From Pedobacter sp. (GTDB lineage: Bacteria; Desulfobacterota; Desulfuromonadia; Desulfuromonadales; Syntrophotaleaceae), in NCBI GenBank assembly GCA_050253415.1, contig JBFWJC010000002.1, positions 608,725-672,724 of the forward strand: DNA of 64,000 nt, in the 5' to 3' direction. The position numbers and the translations under genes are program-made. Below, one piece after another: positions 39,263-50,500 of this stretch (positions are counted from its first letter, which is position 1; each line of letters starts with the position of its first letter). A model generated the notes under the pieces. That model saw only the letters and a list, made by a program, of their open reading frames with translations, ran no database searches and was not told where the DNA came from.

Positions 39263-40666
39263 TTATAAAGCCATCAGGGTGTCGAGCATGTCCTGCACCA
39301 CCGAAAGGTATTTGGCCGCGGCCTCGTAGCCGCTCTGGTACTGGGTCAGCAGTACCATTTCCTCGTCAACCGATACCCCGGAGATGGAGTCCCGCAGGTT
39401 TTGAAGCTGCATCAGGGCGTCTTCGCTGGCTTCAGTGGCGGTGCTGTTGCGACTGACGGTTGTGCCGATTCCGGCGGCGATCTGGTCGTAGTAGTCTTGA
39501 AAGGTGGCGTTTCCATTCATGGTCGCCGTGCCCTGCAAGGCGGTCATGAGCAGGGTGTTGGTATTGTCGCCGGACAGGGTGTTGGAGCCGGTCAGGGTTC
39601 CTGCAGCTACCTGATCGGTGTCGGTAAGAGCCAGGGATATGGAGCCTGCCGCGCCGGCCCATGGCGCATCCGGGTCGGAGGAAGCGGCAAGACTGAAGAA
39701 AGCGCTGCCGCTGTTGCCGTCCAGGTCGACTCCAGAGCTATGCACGGTGTTGACACTTTCGGCGAACTGCCAGGCCAGCTGGTCCAGTTGCGCACGCGCC
39801 TCTTCGATGGTTTCATCCCGCACCGTCATCAGTCCCTTGAGCGTTCCCCCCAGATCGTCGTTGTCGATTTTGACCGCAGACGCTCCGGTAGCGACGCTGA
39901 GCTGGATTGTGCCGTCCGTCCGCTCCGTTGTAATGGCAAAGAAATTCCCTGCGATGACCAGCGGCACGCCGGATGCCAGGTTTACCGATACCGCGCCATT
40001 GTCCATTTCGTAGTATTGAATGCCGGCGGTCCCGGCGACTTCCTGCAACAGCAGGTCCCGTTCATCGCGCAATCCGTTGGCCGCTACGCCGCCGGATTCC
40101 ATGGAGACGATTTGCGTATTGAGGTCCGCGATCTGCGCCAGTTGGCTGTTGAGGGTGTCCACTTCCACTGTGATATTCTGGTTGATACCTTCCTGCAGGT
40201 CGGCAAGGTCCTGATCCATTTGCACAAAAGCGGCGGCGAGTTGCTCTCCCATTTGCAAGACTTCCTCGCGTTCGATGCTCTTGCCGGGGTCGCTGCTCAG
40301 CGCTTGCCAGGCATCGAAAAAATCATCAATGGCCGAACTCAGGTTCCCCTCGGAAATGCCAACGATACTTTCCAGGGTAGCGAGCGGCTCGGTCTGGGCT
40401 GCTGCTTCGCCGTAATCGGCATTTTTGTTTACCAGTTGGCTGGTGACCAGTGCGTTCTCTGTACGGCTGATGCCGCTGACCGATGCTCCCTGGCCGACAA
40501 AGGTGCCGTTAAACTCCAAAGCCGGTGCCGAAGCAACCTGCACCACCTGGCGGGAATAGCCTTCGGTGTTGGCGTTGGCGACATTGTTGCCCGTTACTTC
40601 GATGCCGATCTGGTTAACCGTCAGTCCGCTCTGCCCGGTATGGAGGGAGGAAATAAGTCCGCTCAT
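39263..40666 (-). CDS. flgK: Flagellar hook-associated protein 1
   Basis: 'VTGNNVANANTEGYSRQ', 'LRDERDLL', 'SGVSVDEE...YQ..YEAAAK'. Confidence 0.95.
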   Translation of the reverse strand: MSGLISSLHTGQSGLTVNQIGIEVTGNNVANANTEGYSRQVVQVASAPALEFNGTFVGQGASVSGISRTENALVTSQLVNKNADYGEAAAQTEPLATLESIVGISEGNLSSAIDDFFDAWQALSSDPGKSIEREEVLQMGEQLAAAFVQMDQDLADLQEGINQNITVEVDTLNSQLAQIADLNTQIVSMESGGVAANGLRDERDLLLQEVAGTAGIQYYEMDNGAVSVNLASGVPLVIAGNFFAITTERTDGTIQLSVATGASAVKIDNDDLGGTLKGLMTVRDETIEEARAQLDQLAWQFAESVNTVHSSGVDLDGNSGSAFFSLAASSDPDAPWAGAAGSISLALTDTDQVAAGTLTGSNTLSGDNTNTLLMTALQGTATMNGNATFQDYYDQIAAGIGTTVSRNSTATEASEDALMQLQNLRDSISGVSVDEEMVLLTQYQSGYEAAAKYLSVVQDMLDTLMAL

Positions 40667-40668
40667 TG

Positions 40669-41025
40669 CTAGATTTTCCCCGAGATAAGATGTTGCGCCG
40701 GGGCGCCGGATGCCTTGTTGCCCGCCGGGCCGTAGCCCTGGTTGCCATAGTGGCGACAATGGGCGCTCCAGATACCCATAATCGTGTGCATGCAACAGTG
40801 GTACAGTCGCGTGTTGCGCCGGATTTCCAGCCGTATTTGGATTATCAGCTGCCGGGTTTCGTGGTCTAACGCATCAATGGCGTAGGGCTCCAGTCTGGAG
40901 ATAAGAGCCTGTTTGTCGCACAGGATGCTTTGCAGCCCCTGCATGTCCAGATCTCGGGCGCAACGCCGCTCGTAGATAAGAAGTTGCCTGAGGCTCAGCA
41001 ATTGTTCATGCAGGGTTTGGCTCAT
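40669..41025 (-). CDS. flgN: FlgN-like export chaperone (divergent)
   Basis: About 118-aa helical protein immediately upstream of flgK; 'LLIYER...LD..GL......KQ.L'. Confidence 0.55.
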   Translation of the reverse strand: MSQTLHEQLLSLRQLLIYERRCARDLDMQGLQSILCDKQALISRLEPYAIDALDHETRQLIIQIRLEIRRNTRLYHCCMHTIMGIWSAHCRHYGNQGYGPAGNKASGAPAQHLISGKI

Positions 41026-41046
41026 GGTGGCCTTCTCCATGTAACT

Positions 41047-42312
41047 TTAACGTTTGAGATTGATCAGTTCCTGCAGCATTTCATCGACGCTTGTGATGAC
41101 TTTGGAGGCTGCCGAATAACCGTTTTGAATGGTAATCATGTCGACGAATTCCTGGGACAGATCGACGGTCGACAGCTCCAGCGCGTTGGTGAAGATGCTG
41201 CCCATGGATGATCCGGCGGTGCCGACCTGAGGCTGGCCCGAATTGCTGCTGACGGAGTAAAGACTATTGCCTTCCTTGACCAGCCCGCCGGGGTTGGAAA
41301 AGGAGGCCAGCGACAGCACTGCAACATCCTTGGTTTCGCCATTGGAATAGGTGACGCTGACTACCCCGTCGTTGTCGATATTCACATCAACCACATCGCC
41401 GGAGGCATAGCCATCCTGTGTTTGAGACAAGATGACCGAATCACTGCTGTACTGGGTGGTATTAAATTCGAAAGCAATTTGCTGACTGGCATTTGAGCCG
41501 TTGGTCCAGTCCAGGATGCCTGCAGTGCTGGAGCCCGTACCACCAGTGAGAAGATTGCCCGAATCGTCGAATTCCAGAATGCCGCTTGCGATAATGTTGA
41601 TTTCACCGGCTGTGCCGCCATCGAGTTCCGAACCATCTACCACGGTATTCCATGCCCATTGCTGGTCGTCGGTTTTGGTGAAATAGGTCGTCACCATGTG
41701 GGTGGCGCCCAAAGCATCGTAGATCGTGCTTGAGGTCGAGTAGTTGGATGTCGCGTCAGGGTCGGTGCTGTCAAAAGGTCCGCAGGCCTCTTCACTGGCA
41801 TCCAGGTTGGTCGACATGCTGATGCTTTCCGTGCCATGAGCGGCGATCTGTGTGCCGAGGTCGACCAGTATGTCGGTGGGATCGCCATTCAGGGGCTCGC
41901 CTTCGGCACTGTACCCTTGCCCTTGTACACGGTAGCCTTCGGCATTGACCAGGTAGCCGTCCGAATCGAAACTGAAGGAGCCGTTGCGGGTGTAATAGCA
42001 TTCCGACGAATCGGCAGGGCTGACCATGAAAAATCCATCCCCCTCGATGGCCAGGTCCGTGGCGCTGGAGGTGGTTTGGAACGAGCCCTGACTGAAATTG
42101 GTGCGCACGGTAGAAACGCTGGTGCCGCGACCGACCTGACCGGTGCCGCTGGCGGTGGCGACGCTTGCAGACAGCACATCCGAAAAAATGGTGCTGCTGC
42201 TTTTAAAGCCGACGGTATTGCTGTTGGAGATATTGTTGCCCGTAACGCTCATGGCCGTGGAGTTGGCCTGCAGGCCACTGACGCCGCTGTAAAGGGTACT
42301 TGACAGTCCCAT
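41047..42312 (-). CDS. flgE: Flagellar hook protein
   Basis: 'GNNISNSNTVGFKS', 'DLAIEGDGFF', 'YTRNGSF', 'LELSTVDLSQEF'. Confidence 0.95.
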   Translation of the reverse strand: MGLSSTLYSGVSGLQANSTAMSVTGNNISNSNTVGFKSSSTIFSDVLSASVATASGTGQVGRGTSVSTVRTNFSQGSFQTTSSATDLAIEGDGFFMVSPADSSECYYTRNGSFSFDSDGYLVNAEGYRVQGQGYSAEGEPLNGDPTDILVDLGTQIAAHGTESISMSTNLDASEEACGPFDSTDPDATSNYSTSSTIYDALGATHMVTTYFTKTDDQQWAWNTVVDGSELDGGTAGEINIIASGILEFDDSGNLLTGGTGSSTAGILDWTNGSNASQQIAFEFNTTQYSSDSVILSQTQDGYASGDVVDVNIDNDGVVSVTYSNGETKDVAVLSLASFSNPGGLVKEGNSLYSVSSNSGQPQVGTAGSSMGSIFTNALELSTVDLSQEFVDMITIQNGYSAASKVITSVDEMLQELINLKR

Positions 42313-42350
42313 GGTGATCCTCCCGGAGCGTTGTGCTCCTGTTTGTAGGG

Positions 42351-42668
42351 TCAGGCGAGCATCGCGCTGTCGATGTTGGTGAAAATACTTTCCTGCATGG
42401 CCTGCCGGTCGACGATGGTGATGACCAGGCTATTTTTGAGGCTGACCACCAGCGCGGTATGGTCGAGCAGTATCAGCGAATGGCGTCCGCCTTTGGCACG
42501 CAGGGATAGGACCGCCTCGCCCAGGCGGGTCCATTGGCCGGCGGTGAGTTCTATGCCGCGGCTGGCCATCCGGCTTAACGCATGTCGGGAAAAACGCAGC
42601 GCATTGGCGGCAGGGTTGGTCGGTGCCGCTGCGATGATGGGAGCGTGTCCGGAAGATGCTTGTTGCAT
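42351..42668 (-). CDS. Flagellar operon protein, TIGR02530-like
   Basis: 'LRFSRHA..RM..RGI', 'VIT.VD......IFTNIDSA'; lies between flgD and flgE. Confidence 0.85.
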   Translation of the reverse strand: MQQASSGHAPIIAAAPTNPAANALRFSRHALSRMASRGIELTAGQWTRLGEAVLSLRAKGGRHSLILLDHTALVVSLKNSLVITIVDRQAMQESIFTNIDSAMLA

Positions 42669-42685
42669 GGTGTGCCTCCTTATGT

Positions 42686-43345
42686 TCAGCTCTGGGAAAC
42701 GCTGGTAAGATCCGACAGACTGAATTCCCCGGCCCCGGTGACCAGCACGCTGCCAGTCGAATCCAGCGATACCTGTTTGACCACGGTCCTGACCAGTGGC
42801 GTTGCGTCGATCTCCGCCGCACTGTCGGCGGCATTGATGGCGAAAGAATACTCGCCGCTGGCGAGTTGCGCTCCTGTATCGGTGGTTCCGTCCCAGGTGA
42901 CGAAGTTGGTTCCCGCCGCGGCCTGAGCTACATTGAGGGCGGCAACCACCGTGTTGCTGGCATCGAGAATGGAGATTTCCACGTCGCTAGCCGCTTCATC
43001 CAGGCTGAAACCCAGATCCACGGAACTCCCCGTATAGGAAAAGCTGTCGCTGCTCGCCACCACTTCGGTTCCCAGTAACTGGAAGGCGGCGTAGCGTTCG
43101 GTGTTGCCTGCGGATTCAATAAGCGTGTCCAGATTTTCGTTGGTCTGGATCTGCTGCTCCAGTGAACTAAACTGGGCCATTTGCGAGATGAATTCACCCG
43201 AATCCTGCGGATCAAGGGGGTCCTGGTTCTCCAGCTGCGCCACCAGAATGGTCAAAAAATCTTCCTTACCCAAAGTCAGGTTGCTGGTAGATGAGCTGGT
43301 GTAGGCGGTTGTATCGGTCGCGGTGCTGACGCTGGTTACGGACAT
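42686..43345 (-). CDS. flgD: Flagellar hook capping protein
   Basis: 'LGKEDFL.ILVAQLENQDPLDP...FISQMAQFSSLEQ', 'WDG'. Confidence 0.95.
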   Translation of the reverse strand: MSVTSVSTATDTTAYTSSSTSNLTLGKEDFLTILVAQLENQDPLDPQDSGEFISQMAQFSSLEQQIQTNENLDTLIESAGNTERYAAFQLLGTEVVASSDSFSYTGSSVDLGFSLDEAASDVEISILDASNTVVAALNVAQAAAGTNFVTWDGTTDTGAQLASGEYSFAINAADSAAEIDATPLVRTVVKQVSLDSTGSVLVTGAGEFSLSDLTSVSQS

Positions 43346-43394
43346 GGGTGGCTCCTGCCTGGTTATGCTGCGATCCACGGGGATGCAGTTGTTT

Positions 43395-44693
43395 CTACGA
43401 AGAGAAAAATGCGGTCAGATAATCGGATGACGAGTTCAAGTCGGACATCAGCAGCTCAAGGGCGTTGTATTGGGCCGTGAGGGTTTCCTCGCGTTTTGCC
43501 AGGCGTGTTTCCATGCGCTCGATCGACTCTTCGATACGCGATATCTTGGCATCCAGGCTGTCTTCACGCGTGGCATAAAAGCCGGTTCTGGAGTCGGTCT
43601 GCTCGTCCAGATACTCGAACATTTTGGTGAAGATGCCGATACTGTTGTCGTCACCGGCGAACAGGGCCATCACGCTGTCGAAGTTGTCTTCCAGGGCCTC
43701 GCTTAAAGTCGTGCTGTCGATGGACAGTTCGCCGGTCTGAAAATCGGTCTCAAAACCGAGGCTGGACAGGGCGTTGAAAACACTGTCGCCCTCAAACTGG
43801 GTGTTAAGGAATCCACGCATGCTGCGGGCGATGCTGTTCAGGTCGCTGCTGGTCGAGCCGCCGCTTTCGGCCGCCTCGTCGATGAAGCTGATCATCTTGT
43901 TGTAGGCACTGATAAAGGAATTGATCTTGGACGTGATGGCATCGGTGTCGGTAGCCACGGTGACGTAAGTGGTCGAATCGTCGGAACTGCTGCTGAGCAG
44001 GTCGAGGGTCACTCCATAGATGCCATCGGAGATGGTGTTGTTTTCACTGTAAATATCGATGCCGTCGATCTGCACATGCGCCAGGGCGGCGGTGCGCGTG
44101 TGGCCGTTGGTGGCGGTATCGATGGTGATGCTGCCGGTAGCCAGGATGTCGGCGCTGGCGGCAGCTGTATCGCCGGTCAACACCAGCCGCCAACCGTCGT
44201 CCGTACCGTCGTTGATCATGCCGGCGGTGTATCCTGTGTCGGCCTCGTTGATCATGTCGATCAGCCCCGACAACGAGACATTTTCATAGCTTAACTCGGT
44301 GCCGTCGATGGTGATGGTGCCGGACAGACTTTCGTCGCTGACGTCCGAAAACCCTTCGCTGCTGACGTCTTTTTGTGTCTGGGCCAGGTTGATGATCTCG
44401 ACTTCGTACGAGCCGGCCACCGCATCGCTTGAGGTGGTAACCGAGACGACATCTTCGCCGGCAACGGTCCCTGCATATGATCGGAGTTCCGTCAAGGTGT
44501 CGATCTCATCAACGGCATCCATAAGCGAGCTTAAAATGTCATTGAAAGAGCTGTACGTATCCAGCTGGCTTTCAAAATATTCTTTATCGCTTTCCAGGTT
44601 GTCTAATGGCTCACTTTCCACGGACATGATAGCACTGATGATTTCATCAGTATCAAGTCCTGACGCCAATCCTCCAAATGTGATTGTCGACAT
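43395..44693 (-). CDS. fliD: Flagellar filament cap protein
   Basis: 'ITFGGLASGLDT', 'NLAQ', 'NTISD.I.GVTL.L', C-terminal 'L.AQY.ALE'. Confidence 0.92.
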   Translation of the reverse strand: MSTITFGGLASGLDTDEIISAIMSVESEPLDNLESDKEYFESQLDTYSSFNDILSSLMDAVDEIDTLTELRSYAGTVAGEDVVSVTTSSDAVAGSYEVEIINLAQTQKDVSSEGFSDVSDESLSGTITIDGTELSYENVSLSGLIDMINEADTGYTAGMINDGTDDGWRLVLTGDTAAASADILATGSITIDTATNGHTRTAALAHVQIDGIDIYSENNTISDGIYGVTLDLLSSSSDDSTTYVTVATDTDAITSKINSFISAYNKMISFIDEAAESGGSTSSDLNSIARSMRGFLNTQFEGDSVFNALSSLGFETDFQTGELSIDSTTLSEALEDNFDSVMALFAGDDNSIGIFTKMFEYLDEQTDSRTGFYATREDSLDAKISRIEESIERMETRLAKREETLTAQYNALELLMSDLNSSSDYLTAFFSS

Positions 44694-44763
44694 TGTTTTC
44701 TCCTGGAGTTAAAAGTTTAATCTATGGATTTTATGCAAAGTATTTTTTCTTTCTATATTGACC

Positions 44764-44791
44764 TTATCGAAATATTGAATTAAAAGTTTTA
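44764..44791 (-). promoter_or_regulatory. Possible sigma28-like promoter for the fliD cassette
   Basis: Minus strand TAAAACTTT-N11-TTCGATAA (consensus TAAA-N15-GCCGATAA, imperfect). Confidence 0.35.
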
Positions 44792-45115
44792 TTGTATAAT
44801 TGAAACAATAAGTATCCATACTGTATCAAATGATTATTATTGGATTGACTATGAAACTTTTTAGTTACCCAAAACACTTGATTGTGCTGGCTATATTTAT
44901 ATTTTGTAACAGTATATTTCATGAAGAAAATTAAAATCAGGCATTATTTCAATGGTTTGTTCTGTCTTTTGTTTTTTAGAAAGTTAGAATCGGTCGGATA
45001 AAGTCTGTATGAATGAATGCGGTAGTTATGTAACGAACGGGCGGGGTGGGGCGCATGCTTGACAAACGCCGGCTATCGGCGTAAATCACTAAAAATCATT
45101 AACAAAGGAGAACGC

Positions 45116-46459
45116 GTGTCGGATTATTATTGTTTACCCTTTTCAAGCCATCCGCAGCGTGAACAGCTTTATGACGAGTTGCATGCCAGGCCGTTTCATC
45201 CCATCATTACGCCTCAGCAAATCTCCCATCTTGCTTTTACCGCTACGCCCCAGGATTTGGACAAAGCCTTTGTTCTGATTTGCGAACTCTGTCGTCGGTA
45301 CGGCGTTGCCCCGCCCGGTCATGGCAGTGTCTCGTTTTTACATGATTTCGGCGCGTTTTTTGTGCGGTGGGAACGCCACCTGGAGTTTTACACTCTGACG
45401 GTGATGCGCCCGGCCCCATGCCATGAGCGACCTTTTGAAAGCCGGGTTCTGGATGTTATGCCGGAAGACTGGCTTGCGGTGTTGCCGGGGCAGGCGGTAG
45501 CGGCCTTGCACCTGGCCGTTGGTGGCGAGGACCTGGACGTGACCCAGGAGGAGCTGACACGCATGTTTGATGGAGAGCGATTGGTGGTCAGTCGCCCCAA
45601 AGAAGGCAGAACCCTGCTGTGTACGGCTTTCAAGCTGCACGGTGACGGTTTCGGCCGGATACTTATTCAAAACAACGGTATTTCCGAATATCAGATGGGG
45701 CGCCTGGTGCAGCGGGTCTATGAAATCGAGACCTACCGCCTGCTCGCCCAACTGCCCATCCCTACCGCCAAGCGTCTGGCTCCCGAGTTGCACGAGATGG
45801 ATAGGCATCTGGCCGACATGTTGGCGCGCTTGCCGGGTTTAGACGGCAGCGATGCCGAGCGCGAACTGTTGGAGCGTTTATCGCTGCTGTCGACGCGGCT
45901 GGAAACCTGGCGAGCCGAGACCAACTATCGTTTTTCGGCCACCCGGGCCTATCAGGATCTGGTCATGTCCCGTCTTACCAATATCCGTGAAGTTGAAGTC
46001 GAAGGCCACATGACCGTGGCGGAATTCATCGCACGGCGATTTAATCCCGGATTGCGTACCATCGAATGGGCACAGACCTGGATGGAGGATCTTTCCCGGC
46101 GCATCGAACGGGCCGGAGATATGCTGCGCACACGGGTCAATCTTGCTATGCAGGAACAGAACAAGTGTCTGCTGGCCGCCATGAACCGGCGCAGCTACCT
46201 GCAACTGCGCATGCAGGAAACTGTGGAAGGTTTGTCGGTGGCCGCCATCAGTTATTATCTGGTGGGGTTGATCGGTTACGTGCTCGGGGTGTTGCCGCTG
46301 GAAAGTCTGCATCTGGATAAAAAGACCGCCATGGCATTGGTGGTGCCGGTAGTGCTGGTGTCGGTGTGGTGGACGGTCCGCCGGATCAAACACCGACTGA
46401 TCGGCGCACCTGACGGGGCACAGGAAGTCTGTGTTGAATCGGAAACCGGGAAGACTTAA
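45116..46459 (+). CDS. DUF3422-family membrane-anchored protein
   Basis: 'HP.R..L.DELHARPF', 'RWERHLEF', 'GRLVQR..EIETYR', 'QETVEGLSVAAISYY'; GTG with AAGGAG. Confidence 0.88.
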   Translation: MSDYYCLPFSSHPQREQLYDELHARPFHPIITPQQISHLAFTATPQDLDKAFVLICELCRRYGVAPPGHGSVSFLHDFGAFFVRWERHLEFYTLTVMRPAPCHERPFESRVLDVMPEDWLAVLPGQAVAALHLAVGGEDLDVTQEELTRMFDGERLVVSRPKEGRTLLCTAFKLHGDGFGRILIQNNGISEYQMGRLVQRVYEIETYRLLAQLPIPTAKRLAPELHEMDRHLADMLARLPGLDGSDAERELLERLSLLSTRLETWRAETNYRFSATRAYQDLVMSRLTNIREVEVEGHMTVAEFIARRFNPGLRTIEWAQTWMEDLSRRIERAGDMLRTRVNLAMQEQNKCLLAAMNRRSYLQLRMQETVEGLSVAAISYYLVGLIGYVLGVLPLESLHLDKKTAMALVVPVVLVSVWWTVRRIKHRLIGAPDGAQEVCVESETGKT

Positions 46460-46526
46460 ACATACCTTGGTGGGGATTTCCCCGGTAGCTTTTTGGGATG
46501 CAGGTCGTCTCAACCATGCTGTTGAT

Positions 46527-47573
46527 TCATAGCTGCGGCATGGTTTGCCATGACTGCTGAGTAGCAAAAAGTTGCTCGTCATCCTGCAGGCGTTTTTCTA
46601 TCTCTACAAAGGCGTCGATGTTTTCCATGAAAAGGTCGATCAGCGTCGGATCGAACTGGATACCGCGTCTTTCAAGCATATAGTTTTGCACCTCTTCAAT
46701 GCTCCAGGCTTTTTTGTAGGATCTTTTCTGTAACAGGGCATCGAAAACATCGGCGATGATGGCGATTCTGCCTCGGATATCGATCTCTTCGGCCCGCAAC
46801 CCCCGTGGATAACCGCTGCCGTCCCAGTGCTCATGATGTTCAAGGGCGATGACGGCTGCCGAACGAAGCAGTTTGCGGGTGGAGTGCTGCAGGATTTTGA
46901 AGCCGGCCAAACTGTGTTGTTTGACGATAGCGAACTCCTCAGGGGTCAAGCGACCGGGTTTTTGTAAAATGGCGTCCGGGATGGCAACCTTGCCAATGTC
47001 ATGCATGGCTGAGGACCAGCGGATCTCTGTGCAGGTCTGTTGGTCGAGGCCGCTAATTTGGGCGAGCAGGCTGCAGATTTCGGCGACTCGGTGGATATGC
47101 TTGCCCATTTCAATGCATTTAAATTCACAGGCGTTGCCCATCATCAGAATGATCTCTTTTTGTGTCTCTTCGATTTCCAGATCGTGGTAACGCTTTAACT
47201 GCAGATGGGTTTTTACTCTGGAGTTCAATTCGTAGGAATTGAACGGTTTGGTGATATAGTCCACCCCGCCCGTTTCGAAGCCTTGTACCAGGCTGTCTGC
47301 ATCGGTTTTGGCTGTCAGGAAGATGATCGGGATATCCCGGGTTTGAGGGTCGTTTTTTAAGCGATTACACACCTCGAAACCGTCCATTGGCTGCATGATG
47401 ATGTCCAGCAGGATCAGGTCGAAGTCATGTTCTTTTACCCGTTCGAGAGCTTGTTTTCCGCTTGTGGCAAAGATCATGTGATAGTTTTTGTGTTCCTTGA
47501 GAATGTTGATCCCGACCTGGATGCTTTTCAGGTCGTCGTCCACAACCAGTATCGTGTGTGCCGGTTCAGACAT
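46527..47573 (-). CDS. Response regulator with HD-GYP phosphodiesterase domain
   Basis: Receiver 'VVDD...LLDIIM..KP'; 'MHDIGK', 'HHEHWDGSGYP'. Confidence 0.92.
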   Translation of the reverse strand: MSEPAHTILVVDDDLKSIQVGINILKEHKNYHMIFATSGKQALERVKEHDFDLILLDIIMQPMDGFEVCNRLKNDPQTRDIPIIFLTAKTDADSLVQGFETGGVDYITKPFNSYELNSRVKTHLQLKRYHDLEIEETQKEIILMMGNACEFKCIEMGKHIHRVAEICSLLAQISGLDQQTCTEIRWSSAMHDIGKVAIPDAILQKPGRLTPEEFAIVKQHSLAGFKILQHSTRKLLRSAAVIALEHHEHWDGSGYPRGLRAEEIDIRGRIAIIADVFDALLQKRSYKKAWSIEEVQNYMLERRGIQFDPTLIDLFMENIDAFVEIEKRLQDDEQLFATQQSWQTMPQL

Positions 47574-50500
47574 TTGTTTGCGCCTCCGTTTGCTTGATTC
47601 TTTGGATAAGGTCAGGGTATTGAAACATCAGCTCATATATTTCGCCGATATCGAAATTTTCGACGCATGTGGATAATTTGTCGGTGTACTGCTTCAAAAA
47701 GGTGCTGTTATGGGCATCAGCAAGTTGTGTCAGTTCATGGCAGAACCCTTGGATGAGCTGGATGTCCCCTTTGTCTCGAACTGCCTGCCACAGCCTGAAC
47801 AGGTCATTTTCCATCCTGGCGGCAATGGCAGCGCGGACTTCCTCGGTTTCAGTCAGTGACATCGATTTAAGATCGTTATCGTCGGGCGCTTTCTGGGTGC
47901 ATGGCAGGAACTCGGACAACGTCCTCAATAACTGTTTTTTCTCTACCGGTTTTTGGATGTAGCCGTTAAACCCGAAATTCTCGATTTTGCTAAGGTCGTC
48001 TACCAGTACCGAGGCGGTCAGAGCTACGATCGGAAGATGCCGGAACGCTTCGTCTTGGCGGATTTCCCTGGTTGCCTCGTAACCGTTCATGACCGGCATG
48101 CGCAGATCCATCAAGAGTAGATCGACCGGTGTTGTTTGCAACTGTGCGATGGCATCCCGTCCGTGTGCCGCTTCTATGACCGTTACGGCGGTGCTGGAAA
48201 AGGCCGCTTTAACCAGGGTTCGGTTGTCGGGGATGTCATCCACCACCATAACCGTTGCAGGTTCGAAAATGATGTCTGTTTCCGGCGTAGCATCCTGGTT
48301 ATGGGTGGCAACGGAACTGACGGCAATATCGTGCAGCGTGACGGAAAATACCGACCCCTCGCCAACCTTGCTGGTGACCGTGATTTCGCCGTTCATCATA
48401 TCGACCAGCTTTTTGCAGATGGCAAGACCCAGGCCGGTGCCGCCGTACTTACGGACATCCTGGCCTTCCTGTTGTTCGAATACCTGGAATATTCTGTCCA
48501 GATTCTTCTGGGGGATGCCCATGCCGGTATCGGCGATCTGCAAGACCAGATCGAGCTTACTTTGTTCGGCGTCCTTATACACTTTTTTTACACCAAGGGT
48601 GATGCTTCCTTTTTCGGTGAATTTGATAGCGTTGCCGATCAGATTGAACAGAATCTGCCGTAGGCGGATGCCATCGAGGATAAGGTAATCGGGTATTTTT
48701 GAGTCGATCTCTATAATGAAGCGCAGGTTTTTCTGCCGGATTTTAGCTTGAAAGAGTTGTTCCATTTCACCGAATAAAAGATGCGGGTTGATGCTTTCGT
48801 ATTCCAGCTTGAGCTGGCCGGCTTCAATTTTGGAAAGGTCGAGGATGTCATTGATAATGCCGAGCAAGGCCTTGCCACCGACCTTGATGGAACGCAGATA
48901 GCTTTTTTGCAGCGGGTCTTCGATCAGGTCGTCCAGCAGGTCGGTAAAGCCGATCACCGAGTTCATAGGGGTACGGATTTCATGGCTCATGTTGGCCAGA
49001 AATTCACTTTTGGCCCGGGTTGCCTGCTCGGCCGCATTTTTGGCCAGCAGCAGTTCCTGTTCGGCGGCCTTACGCCGGGAAATGTCTTCGCAAACCCAGA
49101 TAAAGCCAGTGGCAGTTGCATCGTCGTTTAAGACCGGTGTGACGACCATGCTTATCCAGAACAACTTGCGGCATTTTTTTTCAAACTGAAGCTCTGCCTG
49201 CCAGGTTTTTCCACGCAGGATATCCTGCCACATATTGGTGTATAGATTTTCATCGTTGGCACTACAGGCAAACATGTTGATGTTTCGACCGATAATCTCA
49301 TCCTGAGCAAAGCCCGTAATCTCATAAAACGCATTATTGGCATATTCGATCCGTCCCTTGTCGTCGGTCATGACCACTGAGACGGGAGTGAATTCCAGGG
49401 ATAGGTGCAGTCTTTTAAGCTCTTTTTCAATCCGGATTCTTTTCCTGATTTCCTGGGAGAGGCGTCGATTCCAGTAGAGGGTCCCAACGATAATCAACAG
49501 CAGAACGCCGGCGATTTGCCACAGCAGCGTGTAGTCCACGGTCGCTTCGTACTCAAATTTTACCCAACGCCGATAAATCTCTCTGCGTTCGGTCAGATCG
49601 ATGCTTGCCAGGGCCTTGTTGATGATCGATCTCAGCACCGGTTGGTTTTTCCTGAAACCGAAATGCAGAGGAAAGGAGTAGGGGGTGCCTCCGGATACCT
49701 TCAGGTTGCTTAACCCAAGCTTTTCGCTGACAAAATCCAAGGTCGGAAGATCTACGATAAAAGCGTCGAGTTTCCCCATTGATAGCGCCTTTAAACCGGA
49801 TTCCGCATTGGCAAAGGCGCGTAGCCTGATGTCAGGGACATCGCGTTGCAACAATGTCTCAGTGATGTCTCCTTGGACAACACCGACTGTTTTTTCCGAA
49901 AGTTCGGTAACGCGGCTTATAACGGGGCTTTTATCCGACCCTACAATGACATTGTCGATACGGATGTGCTGCTGGGAAAAGTCCATGAAATTCCGGCGTT
50001 CAAAGGAATATCCAGTGGCATCGAGCATATCGATCTTTTGTTGTGTGAGCGCCTCTATGGCATCGACATAGGAACTCAGATGTTGGGCTGAAAAACGTAA
50101 TCCAGTGCGTTCGTGGATCAAACGCAGATAATCCGAAATGATGCCGGCATATTCTTCATCTTTTGTGAAAAACGACACCGGTTCCCTATTCGGGTCTCCA
50201 GCAATGGTTATTTCCGGATGGGCTTTGATCCATGCTTTTTCAGTTTCGGTCAGCAATACCTGTTTGTGCTTGCTGTCTGGACTGTTGCCCAGCCATTTAC
50301 GGTCGATCGCATCTTTTTCTTCTTGTGTTATGGCTTTGAGTGCTTTTTGCAGCATGGCGAGAAGCACCCTGTTGTCTGCGTTTGTCGCCATGCGCAATCC
50401 CGTGGCGACCAGCTTTACCGGAAAGGCTGCTTTGATCCCAGCCAGCCCCGACTGGTTGGAAACGTGACCCACGGCGCCAAAAGTGTCGATATAAAAATCG

